64,000 nucleotides of DNA from assembly GCA_025603075.1 (NCBI GenBank), contig MU626324.1, positions 40,611 to 104,610 on the forward strand. The letters are read 5' to 3'. Position numbers and translations under genes: made by a program. The notes beneath the pieces were generated by a model that was not told the DNA's origin, made no database searches, and saw nothing but the letters and a program-made list of their open reading frames with translations. Shown here piece after piece: positions 50,662 through 62,037 of this stretch (position 1 is its first letter; each line of letters opens with the position of its first letter). The DNA is from Neoconidiobolus thromboides FSU 785 (taxonomy: Eukaryota > Fungi > Entomophthoromycota).

Positions 50662-51998
50662 AGAAGAATGGAAGATATATAGCTAAGGATGTAGCTATAT
50701 ATATTTGTGGGTTGATTCTATTTTTTAAATTTGAAATAAATACTAAATAAATATAATTAAAAAATAGGTTGTTTTATTGTTATTTAAATTTACTTGTGAT
50801 TAAATTTTTTAAATAAAATTAATAATAATAAAAATAGCTTAATTGTTATAATAATTGAAATATGGTGTAATTCGTATTTTAGAGTATTGTTTTATGAACA
50901 TGAGTAAATATGAATAAACAAAATAACTCCGTTTAAGATTATATAAAATTATATAGGATGTATATTATTTAAGTAATATGTGAAATAAGGGAACAGGATT
51001 TAATTTAAATATGAAATAAGGGAATAATATTTATTTATTTATATTTAACAAAAATTAACATAAATGAACTTAAGACTTAAATCGAATTATTAAATGCCCC
51101 CTTTTGATTTTTTATTAATCTTATTTTACTAAAATAAATTCTTAAACATTATTAAAAATAAGTTGAAATAAATTATTTATTATCACATTTCAGTACCAAC
51201 ATCTAATTAAAGAATTAGAATAACTATTTAATTTTATACGTTAATTTTATACAAATGATCGAGTTTTTAGTGATTTGGATGGATGAAAGTAAACTTGAGT
51301 GATGATATCATCCCCAAAATAATCAAAATAAAGGCTTAAAATTTCTTGTGAAATAAGAAATTTAAATAACAAAGATAATTGGCTAGAATTTTAAAAAATG
51401 AACCAAATTAAGTAAAAGAGTAACCCAGTTTCAAATGTTAGTATAACGAATTGAAATTAAGTAAAAAAGTTTAAGACTTATTTTTTATATTAAAAAAGAG
51501 TGAGGTAAAAATATAATATTAATTTTATATTTTAGCTTTTATTTTATAATTGTTTTGTCTTTTTTCATCTTTTTTCCATTTTTTATTTAATATAGAGTTG
51601 ATAGATTAGTTTATAAAAATTGTATATATATTAATATCTATCCTTTTTTATTTAGTTCAATTTCTTTGTTTCTCAAGGTTAAATTCCCAACTTACAGTTT
51701 GCTCAACTCAATTATATATTTTTTATTATTTGAATAATAAAACATAGAATTAAGCTTTATTGTAAACCTCAATTACTAATAATAAAAAAAGAACTGTATC
51801 AGTTTGTTATTTATTCGTTATAAAACTAGCTTCCATTTAGAAAAGTAAGCTACAATCTCGCCCCTTACATTGTTTTTTATTGTTTTATCAACTCTCCCTT
51901 TTTGTTAGCGTAAAGGTTTATAAGGTAAGTTATTTATCATCATTGTAGTTAAGTTATAACCTTTAATTCCTTATTTAAAAATAGAACATTCAACTTAA

Positions 51999-52741
51999 AT
52001 GGCATCCATAATAAGCTCCTTGTTAAACTGGTTAAGAAGTCTATTTTTCAAAGAAGAGATGGAGTTAACTTTAGTTGGTTTACAAAACTCGGGTAAAACT
52101 ACTTTAGTTAACGTTATTGCTGTAATCCATTTATTATTAATTTTACTTACTTTTTTATTTACTTTTTCTCAACAAATAGTCAGGTCAATTTTCCGAAGAT
52201 ATGATACCAACGGTAGGTTTTAATATGCGAAAAGTAACCAAAGGTAATGTGACTATGAAATTATGGGATATTGGCGGTCAACCTAGGTTTCGTTCCATGT
52301 GGGAAAGATATTGTAGAGGAGTCAATGCTATTGTGTAAGTTATTATTTATATAATAAAGGAAATTGTAATGCTAACATTTTTTAGTTTTGTTATTGATGC
52401 AGCAGATAAAGAAAAGATAGAAGCGGCTAAAAGTGAACTTAAAAATTTATTAGAAAAACCACAATTAGCCAATATACCTGTATTAGTCTTAGGAAACAAA
52501 AATGACCTTCCAGATGCTTATACAGTGGATGAACTTATTGATCTTTTGTAAGTATATTTACTACTGCTTATTATACTATATTATAGCTATTTTATTTTAT
52601 AAATACTAATATGTATATTAAAATAGAAACCTTAAATCTATTAGTAATAGAGAGGTCAGCTGTTATTCTATATCAGCCAAAAATCAAGTCAATATTGATA
52701 TTACTTTACAATGGTTGATAAAGCATGCAAAATCAACTTAA
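51999..52741 (+). CDS. ARL8: ARF-like GTPase Arl8; 4 coding exons
   Basis: [87 protein letters not shown]. Confidence 0.93.
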
Positions 52742-53046
52742 ATAGTGTAAGTGATGTAACAATATATAAGTAATTATTATTGATTTTAATAGCTCTCCCT
52801 CTTTAATCTCATTGAATTCTTTCTATTTCTAATCTAATTTTTTTCTCCTTTCTTTAATATACTTACACATTTTCTTTAATTGTTTCTGTATCCGTTTATT
52901 TTACATTATATTAATTAATTTTAATTTATCATTATGAAAATATCAAATCTATTAATTTTGTTCTTAAAGCCTAAACAAAACCTTTTTTTAAACTTATGAT
53001 ATCATGCTTTTAATTTTTAAACTTTATTATTCATAGTTATTTATCA

Positions 53047-53801
53047 TTACAATACTCCTTTAGTACTAGGAATTTCGTTAGATTCCGTTCTTTCAGTGGC
53101 TTGTTTAACAGCTAACGCTAACGCTTTAAATGCAGATTCAGCTCTATAATATAAAATCAATAAGTCTAAACCAACTGATAATGGAAAAGCTTACTTATGA
53201 TGATCATTTTCACCTTTGAGTACATCTACATGTAACGTAACACCTGCAGCAGTAGCAAAAGATTGAAATACATGAGGTATCATTTCACAAGATAAAGTAC
53301 CTAACATTTCTCTCTTTAAATTTAAGTTAATAAATGCACCCGGTCTACCAGAGATATCAATAACTGCTCTAGATAAAGCCTAAAAGTTGATGATATTATT
53401 ATTAATTAATAAAATAAAACTCAATAAAAAACTCACTTCATCTAGAGGTGCATAAGCATAACCAAACCTTTTAATCCCTTTCAAGTCACCTAAAGCTTGC
53501 TTAAAAGCTAAACCCAAAGCAATGGCAGTGTCTTCAGCAGTGTGATGATCATCAATATGTAAGTCACCTTTACAATTTAAAAGTAAATTCCAACGCGAGT
53601 GCTTGGCCAAGGCATGATACATCTAATCACAAATATTACAAATGATACAATAGACAATATAATTATACTTACATGATCTAAAAATCCAATGCCAGTATTG
53701 ATCTCTTGGGTTGACTGTACAGATAACGGAACGTTAATCTCTAACTCTATATTTATATCAGTTTCATTTGTTTTTCGAGTTAATTTTATCAGTTCTGACA
53801 T
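53047..53801 (-). CDS. HIS3: Imidazoleglycerol-phosphate dehydratase; multi-exon
   Basis: [16 protein letters not shown]|[32 protein letters not shown]|[43 protein letters not shown]. Confidence 0.95.
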
Positions 53802-54085
53802 GATTATTGTATTATTTTTGATTTAACAAAAGTAGTAAAAGCAATGATATTAGGAATTGATTGTTGATTCCTTTTTATCAATGATTAGGTATTACTCACT
53901 ATTTAGTGGCATCCCTTAGTCAAGTTAGTAGAAGATCTTCTATATTTGGTAAATCTACTACATTAATAACGTTTTTCATGTGAAATGTTAATTTGTGGAT
54001 TTATCTAATTTTGCAAACTATTTTTTTGTTTTTAAGAACCTCATAATAAGCATTGTTTGATTAAATACACAACTGTATTTCAAAT

Positions 54086-54541
54086 ATGTCAAAAGGAACT
54101 TACTTTTACTTTTTATCGAACTTTAGTCAACTTGAGACAGAGGAGATCAAAAAGAAAATAGTAAAAATAAGAGGTGTTATTATTGCCAAAGAAAATACTG
54201 AACAAATTGAGCCTTACGAATATATTGATGATATTAAATATCGTGATGTAACTGATGAAGATTTAATACGAGATACTTATGAAAGAGCGCTAAATCCTTA
54301 TTATGATGTTGAATCTGTTATTATAATGATTATTAATAGAGATATGTATGAGAAAGGTTATATTAGAGTTGTAACAAATACTACAGATGAAGATGAAGTA
54401 AAATCCATCGATAAATTTAAATGCAAATTAGAGAACGTATGGGAAATATTACATATAGGTAGTGATTTGATTAATGAATATCTACCATCAAGCATAAACA
54501 ATCTGGTAAAAAATGGCGAATGGACATCCTTTCTCATCTAG
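54086..54541 (+). CDS. Hypothetical acidic 151-aa protein, intronless, no family recognised
   Basis: ATG-initiated 456-bp ORF with globular-protein-like composition, divergent from HIS3. Confidence 0.5.
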   Translation: MSKGTYFYFLSNFSQLETEEIKKKIVKIRGVIIAKENTEQIEPYEYIDDIKYRDVTDEDLIRDTYERALNPYYDVESVIIMIINRDMYEKGYIRVVTNTTDEDEVKSIDKFKCKLENVWEILHIGSDLINEYLPSSINNLVKNGEWTSFLI

Positions 54542-55329
54542 TAGGCTTAGGTGTTAACATGAAATTATAAATACTTTGCCTGGTGATTATGTAACTATTA
54601 TTAATACTTATACATCCACTATCAATGAGAATAATTACGATAGATTAATCTTTTCAAAAGAAACTATTTCAACTGTAAGACAGAGAGAGTATTATGAAAT
54701 AAATAGCTCAAATATTTAACTGAATTATATAACATTTTGAATTTTATTTTTAATGAAAATATATGAAATTTTTTTACTACTTTTTCCTCCTAAATCCCCA
54801 CTTTCAGTTGTCTGATATAGCTTTTTCCGATAATGTACTTGTCTATAATATGACTAACAGTGCTATGTTTAAAGTCCTTTACTTTGTAAATGCTTATTAT
54901 ACAATGTCTATTTTATATCAGTTAGTGATTCTTTCTCTACATTCATTATTGATCTAATTATTTTTTTCATTTAGAGACTTAGATGAAGTTTAAAATTAAA
55001 GTTAAAATAGCTGTAAATCTTTGGCTTTTTAAATTTGTACATTACTTTATTTCTATTTACAATAAAATTTGTTGATACTCTTTAATTTGCTTAATAAATA
55101 GACAAGAGATTGAGCCAGAAAAAGGCACTGTCATTTAGCAAAAGAGCATAGGGGATTGATGTGACGTCATAAAGTTTTAAAATACCAGATTACATTTATT
55201 ATAGTATTAGTTTAAAAGCTTCAACTTTTCTTAAATTCAATATCTATTCCTTAATAAAATTAAATACCATCATTAAAATTAAAATGAGAATAAAAAATAA
55301 AAGAGTTGAAATAATAATGTCCTACTTTT

Positions 55330-56707
55330 TTAATATGACATAGAATTAGATTGAATGGCCTTAATAGCGCTTTGCATTTGTGCATTAGAATCTGAGAAGA
55401 ATAAAAGCTCATCCTTAGTTTCTCCTTTGTCAATACTTAAGTGAAATGAATTTGGAATCAAAGTATCTATACTGCATTCCTTAACATATACTTTTCCACT
55501 ACCTAAATCTAAGCATGAAATTGGGTATTTTTCCTATATAAATCATTAATACTGGAATAAAATCATAGTTAGTACTAATTATTTACAATTGGATCTCTGT
55601 AAAAATAAATAGTTTCACCACGTATTACATACCAACGTCTTTTCCAAAACTAAATTTACTTTTAGTATTAATATAAATCCTTATAAAGTTATATTACATA
55701 AGACCCATCACCTTGTACGGTTATATAATCCATAATTTGAGATGCCTATAAAATTAATTAGTATATTTAATTGTTTTCCATTGATTCTTACATCTTCATC
55801 TGGGAGATTAGTAAACTGCAAGCGTACAGATTGTCTCTTTTGCCAAGCTTCTTGAATTTTTCTTTTAGCTTCTTCTTCTAAATTGATTTTAGCTGGAAGT
55901 TCTTTTGGCAATGTAGACTCTTCTTCAAAAACTGGGGTGGATTGATTAAATGCTGAAGAATTAGGATTAAATAATATATTAGAATCTTCAGTATCATGAT
56001 CCCCAGCAGATAAAATAGTTTCTGAAGGGTATATGTCAGATGGATTGCTTTCCGATGGGTAAGCACCTGTAATTGTACCTGCTGAAGATGCTATAATATC
56101 GGCTAAATTTCCATTCTCCTTTGGTTCGGAAATTGCGTTTCCAGCTTTATTTTTAATTGCATTTTCTACTGCTTCGACCGTTAAATTGTCCAAGTTGGTA
56201 ATATGTAAACTAACATCAATTTGCTAATTTTATAGTTAATTCATATATAAAAATACAATCGTTAGTTTTACTTCAAAAAAAGCTGATACAGAACGTCCAT
56301 GAACTACAGTCCTAGCTAATTAATTCTATTTAAATAAAGTAGTTTGTGATTAAAATGATACTACCTCTACGGACACCACTATACAAAAAGTATTTAATAA
56401 AAGTTAACGAAGCAATAAAAAGAATACCTTAAGTTTTCATCAACATATAAAACATAAACTAAATGGTCGTTATATAAAAGTAAGGCATAATGAATAGAAT
56501 CAATTAAATTTTTTTTCAAATCCTCAACATCACCTAAACCTTTAGAATACAAGAATAATTTTTCCCTGGTGTCACCATAACCTAAAACAAACCTAAATAG
56601 TTATGATAAAAATATTTTAAAATTAAAATTAGTTACCAACTGATTTCACGATTTAAAATTTTTTGGTAGGACTCTGCGATTGAAGCTTCACTTAAATCAC
56701 AACTCAT
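55330..56707 (-). CDS. ADF-H (drebrin/Abp1/coactosin-type) plus C-terminal PH-domain protein; multi-exon
   Basis: Spliced N-terminus MSCDLSEASIAESYQKILNREISW|FVLGYGDTREKLFLYSKGLGDVE...ARTVVHGRSVSAF. C-terminal DYITVQGDGSY|FWKRRWYVIRGETIYFYRDP...LLFFSDSNAQMQSAIKAI is PH-like. Confidence 0.7.
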
Positions 56708-57151
56708 TTTCTTTTATTACGTATTATTATTATTATTATAAAAAAGTAAAACAAAGCAAATTTATTGTTCTGCCTTTTAATCAATTTTAAGCCATTTTGT
56801 AAATTCATAGAACAACCGATTAGCTTTGATTGGTTTGATTTTTAAGAAATAAGAAACTAATTATAAAAAATCATCATTTTGTTATTATCATCATTATGAA
56901 AAAAATAACAGCTGCTATATACGAAACTAATGTATATTAACATATCTAACAACCAGGAAATAACACATTATCCCCTTAAAAAAGCTTCAAAACAAAACAA
57001 AATTAACTAACTTCTACACAGCATATTCTACTATTCTGATATGAAATAAAATTCAATTTCTCTAAATTTAGTTTATCTATTAAACGTTTAAAAAATATAA
57101 CATCTTCAATAATAACAAAAGTCAAACTATATGTAAAATTATTTTAATAGC

Positions 57152-57421
57152 TTAATGGTCAGCCTTTTCATGAGCACCAGCTTTAGAGTTATAATAAGCG
57201 TTTTTGGCATTACCCCAAGCGTAAACGGAGTAGCCTAAAGCGAAAGCTGGAGCAATGTAAGGTACTTGAGCACCGAAACGTTTTACCATACCAAAAAAGC
57301 TTTTTTTGAAATAACCAGCATAAGCTCTTTGCTGGAAAGGTGATAAAGAATAGGTAACAATTCCCTTTTGAGTTGGTCCACCCATATATCCCCAGTGTCC
57401 TTGATATTTTCCTCCGGCCAT
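57152..57421 (-). CDS. QCR8: Cytochrome b-c1 complex subunit 8
   Basis: Y.GHWGYMGGPTQKGIVTYSLSPFQQRAYAG...QVPYIAPAF..GY..YAWG...YYNSKAG. Confidence 0.92.
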   Translation of the reverse strand: MAGGKYQGHWGYMGGPTQKGIVTYSLSPFQQRAYAGYFKKSFFGMVKRFGAQVPYIAPAFALGYSVYAWGNAKNAYYNSKAGAHEKADH

Positions 57422-57907
57422 TTTTATTGATTTATGTTTAAACTTCTAATTAATACATTATTATATTTTTTCTTATTTTGTTGTTTAAGGTTACCTAAAA
57501 TTTAATTAATTTAAAAAATGTTTTCTAGATTTTAATCTAATCACACGCTTAAATCATATCTTTAAGTAAATTGATTCTTGGACTTTAACTGGTTTAATTG
57601 AAATCCCATAAATTTCAGCTAAGCTTATCGGTCCATTCATTTATAGTAAATTGTTTTATTTCTTTCAATAATAAGTACTAATGAGAAAAACATTAACGCT
57701 ATCATTTATATTATTTTATTCGCTTCTTAAATTAGATTCGACTTTAAAGAATTTTTTTTGTTAAAAGGGAGAGCGTCGTTTTTAACTTGAAGCATGTTCA
57801 TCTTTTGACTAGCTTAAAATCTGAACAAGTTACTAGCAAAACTAAAAATGAAAAAACATACTTTGTGATTATAGTTTTTTCATCACTACATAATTTAAAT
57901 TCTTTGT

Positions 57908-57916
57908 GGCCAATCA
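57908..57916 (+). promoter_or_regulatory. CCAAT box (GGCCAATCA) upstream of NEDD8
   Basis: NF-Y consensus match 77 bp upstream of the ATG. Confidence 0.35.
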
Positions 57917-57992
57917 AAGTTGTTCCAATTTTACGTAAAATCTGAATTTGCTGTATTTAAAAGCTTTTTTACAATAATACAGTCATAATAAA

Positions 57993-58470
57993 ATGTTAAT
58001 CAAAATCAAAGTAAGTTAGCTACATGTTAATATTTCTAATACTAATTAAAAACTTAGACTTTAACAGGAAGAGAGGTATTGGCTAAATATATTTTTTGTT
58101 GATTAATTTTTAAAATTTAAAAGTTTGAATTTGATATTGAACCTGATGATCCAGTAAGTTTAATTTAAACGTATAAATTAATGTTATTGATTTATCTAAA
58201 AAAGATCATGCGCATCAAAGAGAGATTGGAGGAAAAAGAAGGTATCCCTCCAGCACAACAAAGGTAAAACAAGTTAAATTCAAATTAAACAGTGATTAAT
58301 TCCATTATTTAGATTAATTTTTGGTGGTAAACAAATGTAAGATTAAAGTTAGGTAAAAAAAGTCATATAATAACATTGAATTTAGGGCTGATGATAAACC
58401 TGCTTCCTCTTACGGAATTGAAGGTGGCTCAGTGCTTCATTTAGTTTTAGCTTTACGTGGCGGAATTTAA
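57993..58470 (+). CDS. NEDD8: NEDD8/Rub1 ubiquitin-like protein; 6 exons (absent from the ORF track)
   Basis: Spliced MLIKIK|TLTGRE|FEFDIEPDDP|IMRIKERLEEKEGIPPAQQR|LIFGGKQM|ADDKPASSYGIEGGSVLHLVLALRGGI*. LALRGG (Ala72) separates it from ubiquitin. Confidence 0.92.
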
Positions 58471-59196
58471 GCAAATAATTAAATTAGATGTTTTCTACCT
58501 ACATAACTTTTATTTCGACTGTTTGGTATAGGTTTGGATGTCATATAATTTTTATTAATAAATTATATTTGGTACAACTTTATGATCACCAGCTGTTAGT
58601 TGTACTTTAAATGTAATTTAGTAACAGCTCTTTAGTTTTTTATAATTTAGAATCTTTGAAAAAAAGTAACTAGAGATTATTTATTTTGACAGAAAACGAA
58701 TTTTTTATAACTTCCATCAAAGTGTATGCCCGCTTTGTAAACATAAACATTTATCATTAAAGTAACTCCTTCAGTATATCTTTTACATTACTTACAGTTT
58801 ACCTATAAAAACAATAATGGTTAGTTTTTGAGATTATGAGTCTTAAGCTTAACATGGTTGGTTTAGCTCCTTTTAGTTCTCAACGTAAGAGCTTATAATA
58901 TACAATGCTAATATATTTTGATTTAAAACCATTTGAGTCTTAATTTATAATGATTTTGACTATATTTAGAGTTCTTTTTGAAAGTAATACACAAAAATAT
59001 ATCATTGTTTCGTTTGATCCATCTTGTTTGCTGTTGTTAAAATGACTTTATAAATGGTATAGTTTGTATTGAAACATTGTGTGATATGAACTATTTTGAG
59101 TTCTAAAAGAGAGGATAATTTATGCTGGTTAGGGAGTACACATTTGTCATAGATATTAGTGCTGGGTCACTTAGCTAACAGTTCAAAGTTATTGTA

Positions 59197-59275
59197 CTCG
59201 GTCTGTTTCGGATTAACTGTCACAATTTTAGCACTTTTAGCTGAAAATATAATGGCTAATATGAAGCAGACCGAG
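59197..59275. mobile_element. Candidate family-2 Stowaway/Tc1-mariner-type MITE, 79 bp
   Basis: TA|CTCGGTCTGTTTCGGATTA...TAATATGAAGCAGACCGAG|TA: imperfect ~20-bp TIR, TA on both sides, GC-rich ends. Confidence 0.5.
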
Positions 59276-59429
59276 TACTAGACTATCTATCATTCAAAAT
59301 CTAGATGATAAATTGGTTGGTTAAAAAAATCATAGTCGAATTTTAAATAAAATTGGCTATAAGTTATAACTAAACATTTTTGTGGAGTTTGGTTAAAAAT
59401 TGGATTTTTAATAATGGGAATGGTATAAT

Positions 59430-61036
59430 ATGGAAGGTTACTCTGTAAGGATAAAGGAAAAAAGACTTTGAGAGCGGGAAAAGGAGTATTATAAGTTGGT
59501 AGTGCCGGAAAGATTACTTAATAAAATCAAAGGTGATGATAAATCAGCTAAATTGAATGGAACTGATTTACAATTTTTGATTTATAAACCAATTCATAAA
59601 GTCAAACGTAGTCAATCTTCAAAAAATAATAACCTATTTCTTCATCAGAATAGCCAAGATGCTTTTTACAAATCTGATATCCAAATTTCAACTGTTTGCG
59701 AAGATGTGATTAGACGAACTTGCTGAAAATCGAATAAAAGGGTCAAATATTTTGATCAACTAATAATTAATTATAATTTAAATGATAGATCAATCTTCAG
59801 AGATATGAATAGCCCATCTTCGGACGTGCTTTTGAAAGACAATAAGCGAGCAGCTATTTATAAATTAGGACTTTCACTAACCATAATTGATACCTTGCTT
59901 TTAACTATACCCATCCAAAAGCCTAGACTCAGGTCTATCTTAGAACAAGTCGCAGAAAGACACGATGACTTATGGATGTTGAAAATGAAGCCTATAGATA
60001 AGTGGATATTGTTTATTGGTCTAATTATTTACCTTCTGAGCGAAAGATGGTGGCCATAAATTATTTTAATGTGCTTGGTGAATTAGTTATGATCCTTAAA
60101 TCTGAATATTTTAGTCATCTGACTCCTTTAAAGATTAGTATAGGCGAGATTCAAGGAACTATATGTACAAGCCCTATAGTGCAAAATCCAAGTTCATAGC
60201 TCATGAATTCAAGCAGAACGATGCAAAATATAGTTTCCCAAATCACAAGTAGAACGACGCAAATTATAGACCAATAAAGCATGACTACCAGAGAGTAATG
60301 CAAAATATGAACTCGCGAATTGCTGGAACCAATAGGGCAGTACGAAACACAGCTCAAAAAGTAGCAAATATTCTTAGTAAGAATATACCAGGTAAAGCAG
60401 CTTTACTAGTACATAGACCGCTTTTACCTCATAATCTTTCCAATAACCAATGAGCTTCCAATAGGCCTATGAATAACACAAATGTTCAACCTGCGAATAA
60501 TATCCATAGTAATCCATCAGTTAATATCATTGTTTAAGAGCGCAGACAATTGACTCCTTGCAATCCTAGCTATGGCCCTGTAACTCTTAACATATGCGAA
60601 AGAATAAATAGTAATACCAAACCTGGCCCTAATGAAGATCTAATACTCGTTATAAATCGTATGCAAAGTAATGAAGGAATTATTTATATTAGTGGTAGTA
60701 ATAGAAAAAAACCCGAGAAATATTACAGTACACCAATTGCTTGTGTGCCTCCAATGGAAAAGAAAAATTTCGCTAATAATGAAGAGTTGGCTAAAGAGTT
60801 TAATAGATTACATTGGGCATACCGAGTTATATAATATAGTTATTAGTTTTAATGAGAAATCCAGGAGGAACTTGTATTGCTACAATATCTCACATCTATT
60901 TAAGAGAAGGAAGAACTAGTTAGTTTTGATTTAAAGCTTAATAAGGTTAATTTAAGTCAGTTATTTGAGCTGATTGAAGAATAAAAAAAAGAAATACACA
61001 CAGATTCATGCTTTATCACTTGAACTTTTAAAGTAA
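59430..61036 (+). pseudogene. Disrupted paralog of the ELL-like gene at 28818-30176
   Basis: Collinear matches along the whole length: LVVPERLL/LIIPEKLL, NNLFLHQNSQDAFYK/SNLFIHGNNEAAFYK, IDTLLLTIPIQKPRLRSILEQVA/IDTLVESIPIPRQRLKSILNEVA, WSNYLPSERKM/WFNYSPSDRKM, EELAKEFNRLH/EELKRDFDRLH, HALSLELLK*/RALPLDLLK*. In-frame TGA at 59469 and several frameshifts. Confidence 0.85.
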
Positions 61037-61063
61037 GCATGATATTTGATTAATTAATTTAGA

Positions 61064-61168
61064 ATATGGAGCTGTTTTTTTGTTTCATAACTTTTTCTAT
61101 TTTTTAAGCGCTATTTGAGTGGAGAGATTATTAGTAAAATTATTAAGCAAAAAAATACATTCCCATAT
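61064..61168 (-). mobile_element. Family-1 MITE-like element, copy 14
   Basis: ATATGGAGCTGTTTTTT...TAAGCGCTATTTGAGTGGAG...ATACATTCCCATAT, 27 bp after the pseudogene stop. Confidence 0.8.
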
Positions 61169-61460
61169 TAACGATTTATTTTAGGAAAAATTTAAATAAA
61201 ACTTTTAGTATATCATATAATATATTAACAGTAAGGAATAATTAAATATTTATCAATATTAAATAAGCTTTTAAAGGAGCTTTTAACATTCAAGAAATCA
61301 CTTTTATTATATTAGCAATTTACCTTAGTAAATCAAATAAAGCTTTCAAGTAATATAGCATAAAATTTTAGTAGCAAGAAATAAATATTGATCGGTATCA
61401 AATACGAAATCATGGTTTCTTATATAAACTAACAGTTTTATAATGTACAAAAGTTTGACA

Positions 61461-61574
61461 TAAGCACTATTTGAGCGGAAAATTTGTTAGTGAAATTCTT
61501 AAAAACAAAAATACATCCCCATAATAATAATAATTTAAAAAATGGAAAAAATAGTGAAGTAAAAAAAACACTCC
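61461..61574. mobile_element. Family-1 element, rearranged copy 15 (left ~63 nt inverted relative to right ~40 nt)
   Basis: 61461-61523 is the reverse complement of the left part. After an AAT repeat, 61535-61574 is the right part in forward orientation. Confidence 0.7.
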
Positions 61575-61944
61575 TTTATTGTTATTTTATTATAATTTCT
61601 AGTTAGTACAAATTATTATGTTATTATCTACTTCATCATTAAAAATCGTCATTAGGATAGAGTATTATTTTAATATTCGTCATTTTCGAAAATAGCAATA
61701 CTTGAGAAAGCTTTAAACAAATTAAGCTAGTCATATTTTTTTAACATTGTACTTAGTAAAAGGCTAATTATTTTGTTACTACAATAATCTGTATCAACCT
61801 CTCCAAGCCAGACAAGCTTATAGAAGCCAAAAGTAAATATTTCTTATAACATTTGTCTTTTAATAGTACATCTGTTTAGCAATTTTCTATTGAAGATATT
61901 GGGTATTTTTATACTTGGTTTAAGAAATACCAAAATCCACTCAA

Positions 61945-62037
61945 TGTGTCTTTTTTGGTTTCATTACCTTTTCCTTTTTTTAGCGCTGTTGAGCGTAAAA
62001 AGGAAGTAAATTTAAACAAAAAAAAATACATTTCCAG
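61945..62037 (-). mobile_element. Family-1 element, degenerate copy 16
   Basis: TGTGTCTTTTTTGGTTTCATTACCTTTTCC...TAGCGCTGTTGAGCGTAAAA...AAAAAATACATTTCCA. Confidence 0.6.

Noticed and set aside
55162-55169. Perfect CRE palindrome TGACGTCA
   Set aside because: Lies downstream of two convergent genes, with no identifiable target transcript.
59126-59134. GGTTAGGG (CCCUAACC on the minus strand) as a telomerase RNA template
   Set aside because: An 8-nt match is plausible by chance, I could not see a pseudoknot, and the nearby strong hairpin is better explained as a TA-flanked MITE.
60151-60357. 68-aa minus-strand ORF and the 62251/62263 ORF pair
   Set aside because: The first is antisense to the ELL pseudogene. 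The others overlap each other and have no recognisable family.
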